This document shows positions 7,572-17,230 of a DNA stretch of 64,000 nucleotides, one piece after another. Under the pieces are notes generated by a model that did no database searches, had not been told where the DNA came from, and worked only from the letters and a program-made list of their open reading frames with translations. The stretch is from an uncultured delta proteobacterium (GTDB taxonomy: Bacteria; Desulfobacterota; Binatia; Binatales; Binataceae). Both the position numbers and the translations under genes were made by a program. Each line of letters begins with the position of its first letter. The stretch's first letter is position 1. The stretch spans positions 34,140 to 98,139 of the forward strand of contig CAVUUH010000044.1 of the NCBI GenBank assembly GCA_963744545.1, written 5' to 3'.

Positions 7572-7844
7572 ATGAAGCGCACCCTATCAATCCTCTCCGC
7601 AGCTTTCTTCGCCACCGCGTTGGCGATGCCGGCATTCGCCCAGGCCCCAGCGGCCGAGCCGAGCATGGCAGCGCCTGCGGCTGAGGGCAGCATGGCGGCA
7701 CCCGAAGGGGAAGCATCGCCGGCCCCCAAGCATCATCACCACCACCTGTTCCATCACAAGAAGAAGGCGGACGCCTCGGCCAGCGATATGGCATCCCCGG
7801 GAGCAGAAGCATCGCCGGCGATGGCTCCCCCGGCCAATCCGTAA
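7572..7844 (+). CDS. small secreted His-rich, Ala/Pro-rich protein
   Basis: 90 aa from the ATG at 7572 (AAGGAGA SD); signal peptide 'MKRTLSILSAAFFATALAMPAFA'; 'KHHHHHLFHHKKK'; terminator follows. Confidence 0.6.
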   Translation: MKRTLSILSAAFFATALAMPAFAQAPAAEPSMAAPAAEGSMAAPEGEASPAPKHHHHHLFHHKKKADASASDMASPGAEASPAMAPPANP

Positions 7845-7863
7845 CAATTTGACGGATAATTCG

Positions 7864-7894
7864 ACAGGGCGACCGCGCACGGCGGCCGCCCTGT
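7864..7894 (+). terminator. putative intrinsic terminator
   Basis: GC-rich stem acagggcg...cgccctgt followed by ttt, 20 nt after the stop at 7844. Confidence 0.5.
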
Positions 7895-8131
7895 TTCGAA
7901 TCGCCTGAAGCCGATCGATCCATTAAGGGTCGGGGGGCAAAGTTGGCTTTGCCTCCGGCGATCGGCTGGTTGCGCGAAGCTGGATTCGTCCGGCTCGCGA
8001 TGACTGGCACGACGCCTTTTTTCGCGCGCAGCGTCGTAAAAACACGCTGCGCGTTTTTTTGCGGGGAAAATTCCTGCTAGCATCTCATTTCTTCCTGCGG
8101 GTATCGTTGGCCGCAGGGAGTTGAGAAGTTC

Positions 8132-8839
8132 TTGAGCTTTCGGCGTTCGATTATTTGCCTGCTTGTACTGATTGCGCTGGTTTTCCAGTCGCCGATCAGC
8201 GCCCGCGCCAGCGCCAAAAGCAGTTCTTCCGACGAGGAGGTTTGCGATCCGCTGGCAGACTATTTCCTGGGCATGGAAGATTACCCGGAAGCCATTCGCC
8301 GTCATCGGGTCGTGATTGAAAACGATCCGGACAACGCACTCGCTCACTATCACCTGGGGTTTGCTTACGGCGTCGTCGGCGAACATCGCCAGGAACTCGC
8401 CGAATATCAAAAGGCGATCGAGCTTGGCCTCGACGATTGGCAATTGTTTTTGAATCTCGGCCTGCTCTATCTCGACTCCGGGCAGACGCGCGACGCCACC
8501 CAGGTGCTGAGACTGGCCGCACTGCTCGGACCGGAGCGGCCCGAGACCCATTTCAACCTCGCGTTGGCTTATGAGCGTCGCGGGGCACTCGCACAAGCAG
8601 AGCAGGAAGCGCTACTGTCGTTGCAAATCGATCCGAGTCAACCGGACGCGCGCAACACGCTCGGCGCAATTTACGCCGAGGAAGGCAATTACGTCAGAGC
8701 AAGCCAGGAATGGAACGAGCTGGTCGGTGAGATTCCCGATTATACCCCGGCGCGGACCAACCTCGCGATTTTGCAACACGTCGAAAGCAGTGGCTCGAAG
8801 CCCACGCCCGAATCAACCGGGTTCATCCGCATTCCCTGA
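8132..8839 (+). CDS. secreted tetratricopeptide-repeat protein
   Basis: 235-aa ORF; signal peptide; repeated 'A..HY.LG.AY...G....A...Y..A' TPR pattern. Confidence 0.75.
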   Translation: MSFRRSIICLLVLIALVFQSPISARASAKSSSSDEEVCDPLADYFLGMEDYPEAIRRHRVVIENDPDNALAHYHLGFAYGVVGEHRQELAEYQKAIELGLDDWQLFLNLGLLYLDSGQTRDATQVLRLAALLGPERPETHFNLALAYERRGALAQAEQEALLSLQIDPSQPDARNTLGAIYAEEGNYVRASQEWNELVGEIPDYTPARTNLAILQHVESSGSKPTPESTGFIRIP

Positions 8840-8877
8840 ACGGGGCAGCTTCGGACTAACGCTGACGACGAAGGCAG

Positions 8878-10170
8878 GTGGTGGATTTGGGGAAGTGGTG
8901 GAATTTGTTCAGTGGGCCTCGGGGGTTCGTTAGTTTGAAATCTACAGGTTGGCTCGGCTCGGCAGTGATGTTGAGCATCGCGGCCGTGTTCGCGGCGTCG
9001 CCCGCGCGCGCTTCTGCTCAATGGCGCCGGGTGCACAAGACAACTCATTCGAAGCATGCGGCTCGCGCTGCCACTTCCGGCGGACCGCTGTACAAGGGCG
9101 CTCTGCTCGAGGATGCCGACAGCGGGCGCGTGCTGATGGCCTACAACGCCGACATGGAGTGGCCGCCGGCCTCGATGGCCAAGATGATGAACCTGCTGGT
9201 CGCGCAGGAGCAGATCAATGCGGGCCGTTTCAGCGGCAATGACCCGGTCAGAATCTCGGAACGCGCCGCGCATACCGGCGGCTCGCGCGTCGGCCTGAAG
9301 GAAGGCGACGTATATCCGCTGCGCGAACTGATGAAAGCGGCGCTGGTCAAATCGGCCAACGACGCCGCAGTCGCAGTCGCGGAAAAGATCGGCGGCTCGG
9401 TCGAGGCGATGGTCCGCATGATGAACGAGCGGGCGCAGCAGCTCGGGATGAACCATACGCTTTATCAGACCGTCGACGGACTCCCGCCGCGCCCGACTCA
9501 CGACGCCGATCGCACAACAGCCTACGACCTCGCAATCGTGGGCCGCGCGATCATTCGCGAGACCAACCTGCTGATGTGGTCGAGCCAGGAGCATATGGAT
9601 TTCGACAATGGCGTCGCCATCCTGAACAACACCAATCATCTGATCGGCCATTTCGAAGGATGCGATGGGCTCAAGACCGGGTTCACCTACCAGGCGGGAT
9701 TCAACGTCACTACCACGGCCAAGCGCGAGAATATGCGGCTGATTGCGGTTATTCTTGGCGCGCCGTCGAATGCGCAGCGTTTTGCGCAGGCGGCAAAACT
9801 GATGGAGTGGGGCTTCGACCAATTCACCGCGGTGTCGTTGCTGAAGTCGGGGCAGCCGATTCCGGTCCAGGTGCAGGTCCATGAGGGACCGCTGATTCAG
9901 CCGGTCGCGGCGCATGAACTCAAACTCGTGGTGCCGAAGGCCGATGCCTCTGCGGTAAAGCTCGTGTACGATGTACCGCCAGCGATCAACGGGCCTGTCA
10001 CGACAGGAGAACCTCTCGGGCGCGTGATCGCTCAGGACGAAGGACAGGCAGCGACGGAAGTGATGGCGATAAGCCCGATCGCGTTCACCGCGCCGCACAC
10101 ATTAGGGGGCGAGGCATACAACGCGTCCGCGCCGCCATCGACGAATAATGCAGGTCAGGAGAACCAATGA
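8878..10170 (+). CDS. dacA: D-alanyl-D-alanine carboxypeptidase (PBP5/6, S11 family); start uncertain
   Basis: S-x-x-K 'SMAKMM', S-x-N 'SANDAA', K-T-G 'LKTGFT'; C-terminal PBP5 domain. Confidence 0.85.
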   Translation: MVDLGKWWNLFSGPRGFVSLKSTGWLGSAVMLSIAAVFAASPARASAQWRRVHKTTHSKHAARAATSGGPLYKGALLEDADSGRVLMAYNADMEWPPASMAKMMNLLVAQEQINAGRFSGNDPVRISERAAHTGGSRVGLKEGDVYPLRELMKAALVKSANDAAVAVAEKIGGSVEAMVRMMNERAQQLGMNHTLYQTVDGLPPRPTHDADRTTAYDLAIVGRAIIRETNLLMWSSQEHMDFDNGVAILNNTNHLIGHFEGCDGLKTGFTYQAGFNVTTTAKRENMRLIAVILGAPSNAQRFAQAAKLMEWGFDQFTAVSLLKSGQPIPVQVQVHEGPLIQPVAAHELKLVVPKADASAVKLVYDVPPAINGPVTTGEPLGRVIAQDEGQAATEVMAISPIAFTAPHTLGGEAYNASAPPSTNNAGQENQ

Positions 10171-10324
10171 AGGTAGCCTCGAAACAACGAAACCGGCGCA
10201 ACCGGAAATTAGCGCGCAAGAAAAAGAGCGATCCGCATCAGGCAAAATCCCGCCTGCGCAAAATGCGCCGTACCAGAATCCGCGGCAAGTAGTCTCGCGC
10301 GCATTACGATTCCTTACTCGCGTA

Positions 10325-12397
10325 CTATTTCTGCGAATTCACGGTAAGCTCCCCGAACTCCTCTGATCCAGAGTCGAGGCGTGAGCCGAGGATGCTTTTC
10401 AGCTCGTCGGAACCGACGGTCTCTTCGCGCAGCAGCGCCTCTGCCAGCCGATCCAATCGCTCTCTCGAGCTGGTAAGGCAGCGGCGGACTCGATCGTGGG
10501 TCTCCTGGAGGATCCGAACGACTTCCTGGTCAATTCGCGCCGCCGTCGCCTCGCTGTAATCGCGTCCCTGCGCAATTTCGTAACCCAGGAAAGGCTGCTG
10601 CTCGTCGGTCTTGAAAGCGACGAGTCCGAGCTTGCTCATTCCCCAGCGAGTCACCATCCGGCGAGCAAGGCGCGTCGCCTCGACCAGGTCATTCTCGGCG
10701 CCCGTCGTCACCTCGCCGAAGACGATTTCCTCTGCGGTGCGCCCGCCCAACATCACGGCCAGCCGCGCCTTTATATAGGACAGGCTGAGATTGTGCCGCT
10801 CTTCTCCCGGAAGCTGCTCGGTCATTCCAAGCGCCTGGCCGTGCGGCACAATCGTCACCTTATGAACTGGATCCGCGGCGGGCGTCATCCACGCAACCAC
10901 TGCATGGCCGCACTCGTGATAGGCGACCACGCGCCGTTCGCCGGGATTTACAAGTTGCTGATGGGCTGCACCCATCCGTATCTTGTCCTCGCTCTCTTCG
11001 AAATCGGCCATGGTAACCGCCGACCGATTGTGTCTCGCCGCGGTAAGCGCGGCCTCATTGCAAAGGTTCGCCAGGTCCGCCCCACTCATACCTATCGTTC
11101 GGCGTGCGAGATTATCCAAATCGACATCGGAGGCGAGCGGCAGCTTGCGCGTATGGATGCGCAGGATGCCTTGGCGTCCTTTTCGATCCGGAAGACCGAC
11201 GACCACCTGGCGATCGAAACGTCCCGGCCGCAGCAATGCCGGATCGAGAACGTCCGGCCGATTGGTCGCCGCAATAGTGATCACCTCGGTGCGCTCGTCA
11301 AAACCGTCGAGTTCGCCCAGTAATTGATTCAGCGTCTGTTCGCGCTCGTCGTTGGTTGCTCCGAGGCCCGCACCCCGTCGCCGCCCGACCGCGTCGAGCT
11401 CGTCAATAAACACTATAGAAGGAGCCGCCTCCTTGGCCTGCCGGAAGAGATCTCGCACGCGGCTCGCTCCCACGCCTACAAACATCTCGATGAACTCCGA
11501 GGCATTGAGGCTGAAAAACGGAACCCCGGCCTCGCCCGCTACCGCACGAGCCATGAGAGTCTTGCCGGTTCCGGGTGGTCCGACCAGCAGCACGCCCTTG
11601 GGTATGCGTGCCCCCAAATCGCGGTATTTCTGGGGATTTCTAAGGAAGTCGACCTCCTCCTGAAGCTCGGACTTGGCTTCGTCCGCCCCCGCGACGTCGT
11701 TGAAGGTGACCTTTGGCTGCTCGCTGCTGTAGCGCTTGGCCCTCATCCGCCCGAATCCGAACATACCCGATTGACTGCGGACGGCCCGGTTGCTCATCCA
11801 CCAGAAGAACCCGAACAGAAGTATCAGCGGTCCCCAGTCAACCAGCATCGCCACGAACCACGGCGTCGAAGACGATGACACATCTACGACGACGTGGTGC
11901 CCAATCAGCAGGGGCATCAATCCAGGGTCGCCGATCGCCGCCGGAAAGGTCGTCGTGAATTCGCGGTACGCTATCGCAGCGGGCGCGGCTGCTTTCGCTG
12001 AAGAAGGAGGTGGCGACGCAGAGGGCGCGGAAGGTTTCGACGACGCCTCGGGAGTCCCACTCGCAGGTGGCCAGACGAGAGGCTTTGCAAAAGTTCCGTC
12101 GATCTGATCGACAGCAATATGGACCCGGGTGACATCGTCTGCGCGTACCTGCGCGACAAAAACGGAATAAGGGATGGAAGCCTTAGGATGAGGCGGTGGC
12201 CACAATCCGGTCAGATACCAGAACATCAGGGCCAGCGAGATCAGCCACCAGAGCAGAGCACCTCGCGGCAGCTGCGGCTGTTTCTCGGGAGTTCTCTTTT
12301 CGGGCAGGGTTTGCTGCTGCGCCATCTTTTTAACGTTAGCAAAGTATCCATCTTGGTGATGGTTCGAACCGCGTAGATCTATGTGGAGCAGGGTCAT
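10325..12397 (-). CDS. ftsH: ATP-dependent zinc metalloprotease FtsH
   Basis: Walker A 'GPPGTGKT', AAA SRH region, 'HECGHAV' zinc site; 690 aa; GAGG SD before the ATG at 12397. Confidence 0.95.
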   Translation of the reverse strand: MTLLHIDLRGSNHHQDGYFANVKKMAQQQTLPEKRTPEKQPQLPRGALLWWLISLALMFWYLTGLWPPPHPKASIPYSVFVAQVRADDVTRVHIAVDQIDGTFAKPLVWPPASGTPEASSKPSAPSASPPPSSAKAAAPAAIAYREFTTTFPAAIGDPGLMPLLIGHHVVVDVSSSSTPWFVAMLVDWGPLILLFGFFWWMSNRAVRSQSGMFGFGRMRAKRYSSEQPKVTFNDVAGADEAKSELQEEVDFLRNPQKYRDLGARIPKGVLLVGPPGTGKTLMARAVAGEAGVPFFSLNASEFIEMFVGVGASRVRDLFRQAKEAAPSIVFIDELDAVGRRRGAGLGATNDEREQTLNQLLGELDGFDERTEVITIAATNRPDVLDPALLRPGRFDRQVVVGLPDRKGRQGILRIHTRKLPLASDVDLDNLARRTIGMSGADLANLCNEAALTAARHNRSAVTMADFEESEDKIRMGAAHQQLVNPGERRVVAYHECGHAVVAWMTPAADPVHKVTIVPHGQALGMTEQLPGEERHNLSLSYIKARLAVMLGGRTAEEIVFGEVTTGAENDLVEATRLARRMVTRWGMSKLGLVAFKTDEQQPFLGYEIAQGRDYSEATAARIDQEVVRILQETHDRVRRCLTSSRERLDRLAEALLREETVGSDELKSILGSRLDSGSEEFGELTVNSQK

Positions 12398-12529
12398 GGC
12401 GCCTCAAACTCGAGGCGCGGCGCAATCTCCAGTTTAGGCCAACGGCCAAGTTTGGATCAAAGTCATCCACGCGAAGGCGGGCGTATGCGGCGATGCTATG
12501 CGCGCATCGCCGCTGTTCAATTTAGCGGC

Positions 12530-13465
12530 TCATTCCGTCGATTGCGCATCTTCTCCGAGCGTGGATTTCTCGTGATGCTCGAAAGGATCGGTGATTCTTT
12601 CCCAGGTTCGATCCCGATCGATGATGGCGTCTTGAATTGCCTTGCGGCGGCGCTGTAGATAGCCGTTTCGCACCGCGGCATATAGGTCGAGCGAAGTATC
12701 CTCGACGTCGTCATAGAGTTTCATGTTGTTAGCGCGCTCGTTGATTCTGCTCGCGGCAGCGCGGCCGAAGTCGGCACCGATCGGCGTGATGAACCACGAA
12801 AGCGGATCCATGAATGAATCAGCGGCGAAGCCGAACGCGTCGCGCACGTCCAGCGGCGGCAACAACGGCAATACCAGGTAAGGCCCCGGCTTCGCGCCGT
12901 AGAGAGCAAAGGTCTCTCCGCTGTCGGCGTCAGTCTTCTCGAGACCCAGGCGCGAGGCAGGGTCGAACAAACCGGCGACTCCGACTGTAGTGTTGATCAC
13001 GAAGCGCGTGAGCTCGATGCCGGCACTGGGCAACCTGCCTTGCAGGACTTTGTTCACGAACCGCTTCGGCATCGCCAGGTTGTAGAATGCGTTAGCCAGA
13101 CTTTGTCGCACCTCGGCAGGAAACGTTTTCGCCCAGACTTTGGCGGCCGGCTTGATCGCGTAATGATCGGCCAGATCGAAGTTGAAGTAGAAGGTCTTGT
13201 CGTTGAACTTCTCCCACGGATCGTAATCCATCTCCTCGCTCGGAGATGGCATATCCGAAGCAAGCGCCTCCCGCTCTTGCTGATCGCGCACCCGCGAAGC
13301 GTCACGTTGCCCGGAACATCCGGCCAAACTGATAACGACGACCGATAGAATCGCGAGTGCAAGCAACAGGACCAGCCGCCCATGTGGAGAAGCCGCGTAG
13401 GTTGCCGATTTTTCCCGCCCCGCAAGGGGTTGGGAAGTGTTATGCAAGGTTTGAAACTCCATCAC
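12530..13465 (-). CDS. mlaA: MlaA/VacJ family outer-membrane lipoprotein
   Basis: lipobox 'LAGC'; 'DPWEKFNDKTFYFNFDLADHYAIKPAAKVW...FYNL..P...VN..LQG' VacJ pattern; 4-nt overlap with the upstream gene. Confidence 0.85.
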   Translation of the reverse strand: MMEFQTLHNTSQPLAGREKSATYAASPHGRLVLLLALAILSVVVISLAGCSGQRDASRVRDQQEREALASDMPSPSEEMDYDPWEKFNDKTFYFNFDLADHYAIKPAAKVWAKTFPAEVRQSLANAFYNLAMPKRFVNKVLQGRLPSAGIELTRFVINTTVGVAGLFDPASRLGLEKTDADSGETFALYGAKPGPYLVLPLLPPLDVRDAFGFAADSFMDPLSWFITPIGADFGRAAASRINERANNMKLYDDVEDTSLDLYAAVRNGYLQRRRKAIQDAIIDRDRTWERITDPFEHHEKSTLGEDAQSTE

Positions 13466-14568
13466 GAATGAGCTTCGCCTCCGTAGCGGAAGAGTCGCAA
13501 CGCGATCAGGAAAGACACCAGGCCGTAAGCAACGAGCACCAGCAGCTCGGTTGAAATTGCGATGAGACTTTTGTCGCGCAGCATCACGTCCTGCAGCGCC
13601 GACATCGACCAGGTGGTGATGAGTGCGTTCGCGACTTGCTGCATCAGTCGCGGCAGGTCATACAAAGGCCAGAACAATCCGCCGAGAGAAGCCAGCACGA
13701 ACGCGACCGCCAGGCCAACCGGAATCGCCTGCTCGCGCGTGCGCACGAATGCGGCGACGACGGCGGCGAAGCAGGTCATCGAGGCGACCACCGCAGTCGC
13801 CACCAGGATCATCGCGACCGGTGAATGGCCCAGCCTGAGCCCATAAACGAAATGTCCGAACACCAGCAGCAGCAGCAATTGCGCGGTGCCTACTACCAGG
13901 CGCGCCAGCAGCTTCCCGCCGAGGAGAGATGCGGGCGGCACCGGCGCGACCGAGAGCCGCGCACTCGTGCCCCACACTTCCTCCTCGCGCAGCGCCAGCG
14001 ACACGCTGAAGATCAAAGTGAGCAGGACGAACATCAGGCTGAAGCCCGGGATATTTTGCTCGAGCGACGAGAACGAAACGTTGTCGCCGGTGATGTTGTG
14101 CTCTTTCACGCTCAGCAGTTCCTGGCTGAACGGATCGCCGAGCGACGCGGTCTCGCGATCGGCCAGCAGCATCACCACTTTGATCGCCTCGAGCTCGCGC
14201 CACTGCGCGGGATCGGTGAGCATCTCCACCGTGGACGGTTTTTGCGCGAGATAACGCTTGCTCAACTCGGGTGGCAGGATGAGCGCGGCGGGTGCGTCGT
14301 TGGCCTCGGCGACCAGATGCCGCGCCGTCGCACGTGACACCTCGCGCACGTCAAGATGCTCGCGAAAGGCGCGGATCAAAGCAGTCGCAACCGGTCCCTG
14401 ATCCTCGTTGACGACGGGAAACAGGATGCTCTTGCTGCCGTCGCCGGATTGCGTGGCCGCTGCGACGACCATTATCACCACGATCGGAACGATCAGCAGC
14501 GCGATCAGGCCGAAACGATCGCGGCAGATGAGCCGGAGGTCCTTCAGCATCATGGCCACAGTCTTCAT
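13462..14568 (-). CDS. ABC-2 type transporter permease with large periplasmic loop
   Basis: real start 'MKTVAMMLKDLRLICRDRFGL' (ATG 14566-14568, ATGA overlap with the upstream stop); N-terminal TM, about 150-aa loop, 5 C-terminal TMs. The ORF-track extension to 14937 is a shadow. Confidence 0.8.
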   Translation of the reverse strand: MKTVAMMLKDLRLICRDRFGLIALLIVPIVVIMVVAAATQSGDGSKSILFPVVNEDQGPVATALIRAFREHLDVREVSRATARHLVAEANDAPAALILPPELSKRYLAQKPSTVEMLTDPAQWRELEAIKVVMLLADRETASLGDPFSQELLSVKEHNITGDNVSFSSLEQNIPGFSLMFVLLTLIFSVSLALREEEVWGTSARLSVAPVPPASLLGGKLLARLVVGTAQLLLLLVFGHFVYGLRLGHSPVAMILVATAVVASMTCFAAVVAAFVRTREQAIPVGLAVAFVLASLGGLFWPLYDLPRLMQQVANALITTWSMSALQDVMLRDKSLIAISTELLVLVAYGLVSFLIALRLFRYGGEAHS

Positions 14569-15155
14569 GACTGGGCCTCGCCGCTGGCGTTGCCGTATTT
14601 CCGCCGCATCAGCGTGAGTACGTCGTCGACGCTCATCCGCGAAAGGAGATCGTTGAGCTGGCTGCCGAGGTTGGCGGTCAGACTGACGTCCTCGACCGTG
14701 ATCGAGGTCGCCATCCAGGTATCGCCCACGGGTTTCAGCCGATAGGTAACGTCGAACTGATCGCGCGGCGTTACGATTTTGGTGTCGACGACTGCGCCCG
14801 CGCCGGTGGACTGCTCGCCCGCATAAACGAAATTTGGATTTTCGAAGAGCAGGAGTTTCTGCACGTAGGTCCGCTGGAGAAGCTCGCGGAACAGACCGAG
14901 GAACTCCTTCTGCTGATCGGGTGTAAAGCTTGACCAATGCGGGCCGAGCGCCTCCCGGCCCATCTCGTCGGTGTCGAGAAATTTGCTGAACAGGGTGGAC
15001 AGCGCAGCCAGCTTTTCGTTGTGAGTCTGACTGCCCGCGACGATCACGCGTGCCTGCTCGAGAGTCGTACGCGTATAATCGAGCGGGCTCGCAGCGCGCG
15101 CCGGAGCGACCAGCAGAAGCACGGCCACCAGCATGATGGTTAAGGTACGCATCAA
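14565..15155 (-). CDS. MlaC/Ttg2D-family periplasmic lipid-binding protein
   Basis: 196 aa with signal peptide; 'FLDTDEMGREALGPHWSSFTPDQQKEFLGLFRELLQRTYVQKL' and the C-terminal 'W...ITVEDVSL..N..SQ' pattern of Tol-tolerance/MlaC proteins. Confidence 0.8.
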   Translation of the reverse strand: MMRTLTIMLVAVLLLVAPARAASPLDYTRTTLEQARVIVAGSQTHNEKLAALSTLFSKFLDTDEMGREALGPHWSSFTPDQQKEFLGLFRELLQRTYVQKLLLFENPNFVYAGEQSTGAGAVVDTKIVTPRDQFDVTYRLKPVGDTWMATSITVEDVSLTANLGSQLNDLLSRMSVDDVLTLMRRKYGNASGEAQS

Positions 15156-16183
15156 TCGCGAAGCTCCATACCGGTCAGATGTAGAAAAAGATTTTCGAGG
15201 CTGAGCGGCGCAATCCTGATTCGCGCATTTTGATCAGCGCGATTGAGAATTTTTTGGAGCGGCCACAGGTAGTCAGTGGCGCGTTTTACGTACAGTCGAA
15301 CGACGCCGTCGCGGCGCTCGATGCGGCTGACTCCGCCCAACGCCTTCATCCCACCGAGATCGATACCAGCCGGCAGTCCCCGCACCTCGATAATTTCTGC
15401 GAATTCGAGGCCGCTCAGCAGTGCGTCGAGAGTGCCCACTGCTACCAGCTTGCCTTCGCTCAGGATTCCGAGGCGGTCGCACAGTCGCTCCGCCTCTTCC
15501 ATGTAGTGCGTGGTGTAGAGGATTGCGTTGCCCTCATCGCGCAGGCCGCCAATGATTTTCAGGATCTGTTCACGCGATTGTGGGTCGACTCCGGCGGTCG
15601 GTTCGTCGAGCAGAATCAATTTCGGCCGATGTACCAGCGAGACCGCGAGATTCAGACGACGCTTCATGCCGCCGGAAAAAATGCCGACCTGAGAGTCGCG
15701 GTGAGCGTCCAATCCGACCAGTGCCAGCAACTCGTCGATACGCTCACGCAGTTCAGCGTGCCTCACTCCATAGATGCGCCCGAAGAACTGCAGGTTCTCT
15801 GCCGCGGTAAGGGCGGGGTATAGCGACACTTCCTGCGGTGCGAGCCCGATCAACTGGCGAACGTGAAATGGATCCTTGCTCGCGCTATGACCGAACAGCG
15901 TCGCATCACCCGATGACGGCAGGTGCTGCGTCGCGAGCATCGCAATCGTGGTGGTCTTGCCTGCGCCGTTGGGGCCCAGCAGGCCGAAAATCTCACCTTC
16001 GCGGATCTCGAAATTCAACGCGTTGACGGCGGTAGTGGTACCGTAACTCTTGGTCAGCCCGACAACGCGCAATGCGACCTTTTTGTCAGCGGGGTCGGGC
16101 CGAAGGAATGCATCAACGCGAGTATCGGGATCTATGCTGCCCAAATTGTTGCGCAATGCGGTGGTGGCTGGGCTGATTCGCAT
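15152..16183 (-). CDS. ABC transporter ATP-binding protein (ABC-2/CcmA-like) with C-terminal extension
   Basis: Walker A 'GPNGAGKTT', signature 'SGGMKRRL', Walker B 'LILLDEPTAGVD'. Confidence 0.9.
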   Translation of the reverse strand: MRISPATTALRNNLGSIDPDTRVDAFLRPDPADKKVALRVVGLTKSYGTTTAVNALNFEIREGEIFGLLGPNGAGKTTTIAMLATQHLPSSGDATLFGHSASKDPFHVRQLIGLAPQEVSLYPALTAAENLQFFGRIYGVRHAELRERIDELLALVGLDAHRDSQVGIFSGGMKRRLNLAVSLVHRPKLILLDEPTAGVDPQSREQILKIIGGLRDEGNAILYTTHYMEEAERLCDRLGILSEGKLVAVGTLDALLSGLEFAEIIEVRGLPAGIDLGGMKALGGVSRIERRDGVVRLYVKRATDYLWPLQKILNRADQNARIRIAPLSLENLFLHLTGMELRD

Positions 16184-16386
16184 TTTAACTGCCTGATTAC
16201 GAAGCTCGCGGGTTGACCGCGCTTATTTGGAGGCGTGAATAGTGGCTGCACAATCTGCGCCACAAAGTGTTCTTGAACGGCGGGCGCGAATGTACCGGCG
16301 TTACTACGGATTTTCTCGGATGGACGAGCGTCTTTTGCGATTTGCTCTTGCTGTTTGCGAGAAATCGCTTCGAACGCTGCCGCCCA

Positions 16387-16812
16387 TCACTTTCTCCGAC
16401 TCGATTGCATTCGGCCGCCAATTTTGACCGCCGAGCGTCGAATCATTCGCGGCTTTTCGCCGGGGCGTTTGTTTTTCTCCCAGGTCAGGATCAAAGTCCT
16501 CAAGCGACGTGGATCGATTCCCAAGGCATCGCAGACGTCCTCGAAAGAGAAAGGTCCGTCTGTCTTGTCATGGAAAATCCAGAACCGAGCTTCCCTGAAT
16601 TCCTGTCGTTTGATTGGATTTTTCGCTTCGAAGTTGCGCTGAAAAGTTCGCACCGCATCAGCCAGGATGCCGCCCATCAGGCGCATTATCGGCTCGACCT
16701 CAGCCGTCCCGCGCCGCGCCGGATAGAATTGCGCGGGCATAACAGCATCAGCCCGGAGTTCGTCGCCTGCCGTATCTGTCGTCGATTCGATTCGCATAAC
16801 TGCATCGTCCAT
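16387..16812 (-). CDS. hypothetical protein
   Basis: 141-aa ORF with GAGG SD; no family recognised. Confidence 0.45.
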   Translation of the reverse strand: MDDAVMRIESTTDTAGDELRADAVMPAQFYPARRGTAEVEPIMRLMGGILADAVRTFQRNFEAKNPIKRQEFREARFWIFHDKTDGPFSFEDVCDALGIDPRRLRTLILTWEKNKRPGEKPRMIRRSAVKIGGRMQSSRRK

Positions 16813-16837
16813 GGCTGAATACCTCGGCGGTTTCGTC

Positions 16838-16930
16838 TTAGAGGATCCATAACGCTGCGGCCGCGCCGGTCAGGACCGAAGCGGCAGACATCAGGACCAC
16901 TGCCATCGTGTACAAAGTTCGATCACTCAT
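16838..16930 (-). CDS. possible 30-aa hydrophobic peptide (MSDRTLYTMAVVLMSAASVLTGAAAALWIL)
   Basis: hand-translated, not in the ORF track; AGGAA SD-like element; ends 26 nt before the 141-aa ORF. Confidence 0.25.
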   Translation of the reverse strand: MSDRTLYTMAVVLMSAASVLTGAAAALWIL

Positions 16931-17230
16931 TTGATTCCTGCCAACGCATGCTTTTGCCAACGAAAAAGCCCACACGGCGTCGCTATTTTCCTGCTCAGGA
17001 GGGACAGAGAGACGGGGCGCCCGACCGTGTGGGCGATTTGTTTTCGACGACTACAGCTCTTCAACCCTCCGGATGAGCAGGCGTGAAAAATGACCGCACA
17101 ACCAACATGCCGCAGGCATTTGTCGCGCAGCAGGCAGAGTCGCGATCACCGAAGTTTAAGGCGTAGCGGTCTAATAGAGACACTTAGATGGCATTAGAGG
17201 GGCGAATACTAACCTGGCGGACACATACAA

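Noticed and set aside
8740-10098. 452-aa minus-strand ORF
   Set aside because: It is antisense to the PBP5-type carboxypeptidase and has no motifs.
12355-12380. tRNA T-loop-like string ggttcgaacc
   Set aside because: No flanking acceptor or anticodon arms can be drawn, and it lies within the 5' end of ftsH.
16855-16905. SRP/4.5S RNA-like string ggtcaggaccgaagcggcag
   Set aside because: It lacks the conserved GGAA tetraloop plus GGAAGCAGC symmetric-loop sequence. The region is better explained as the antisense of the small peptide ORF.
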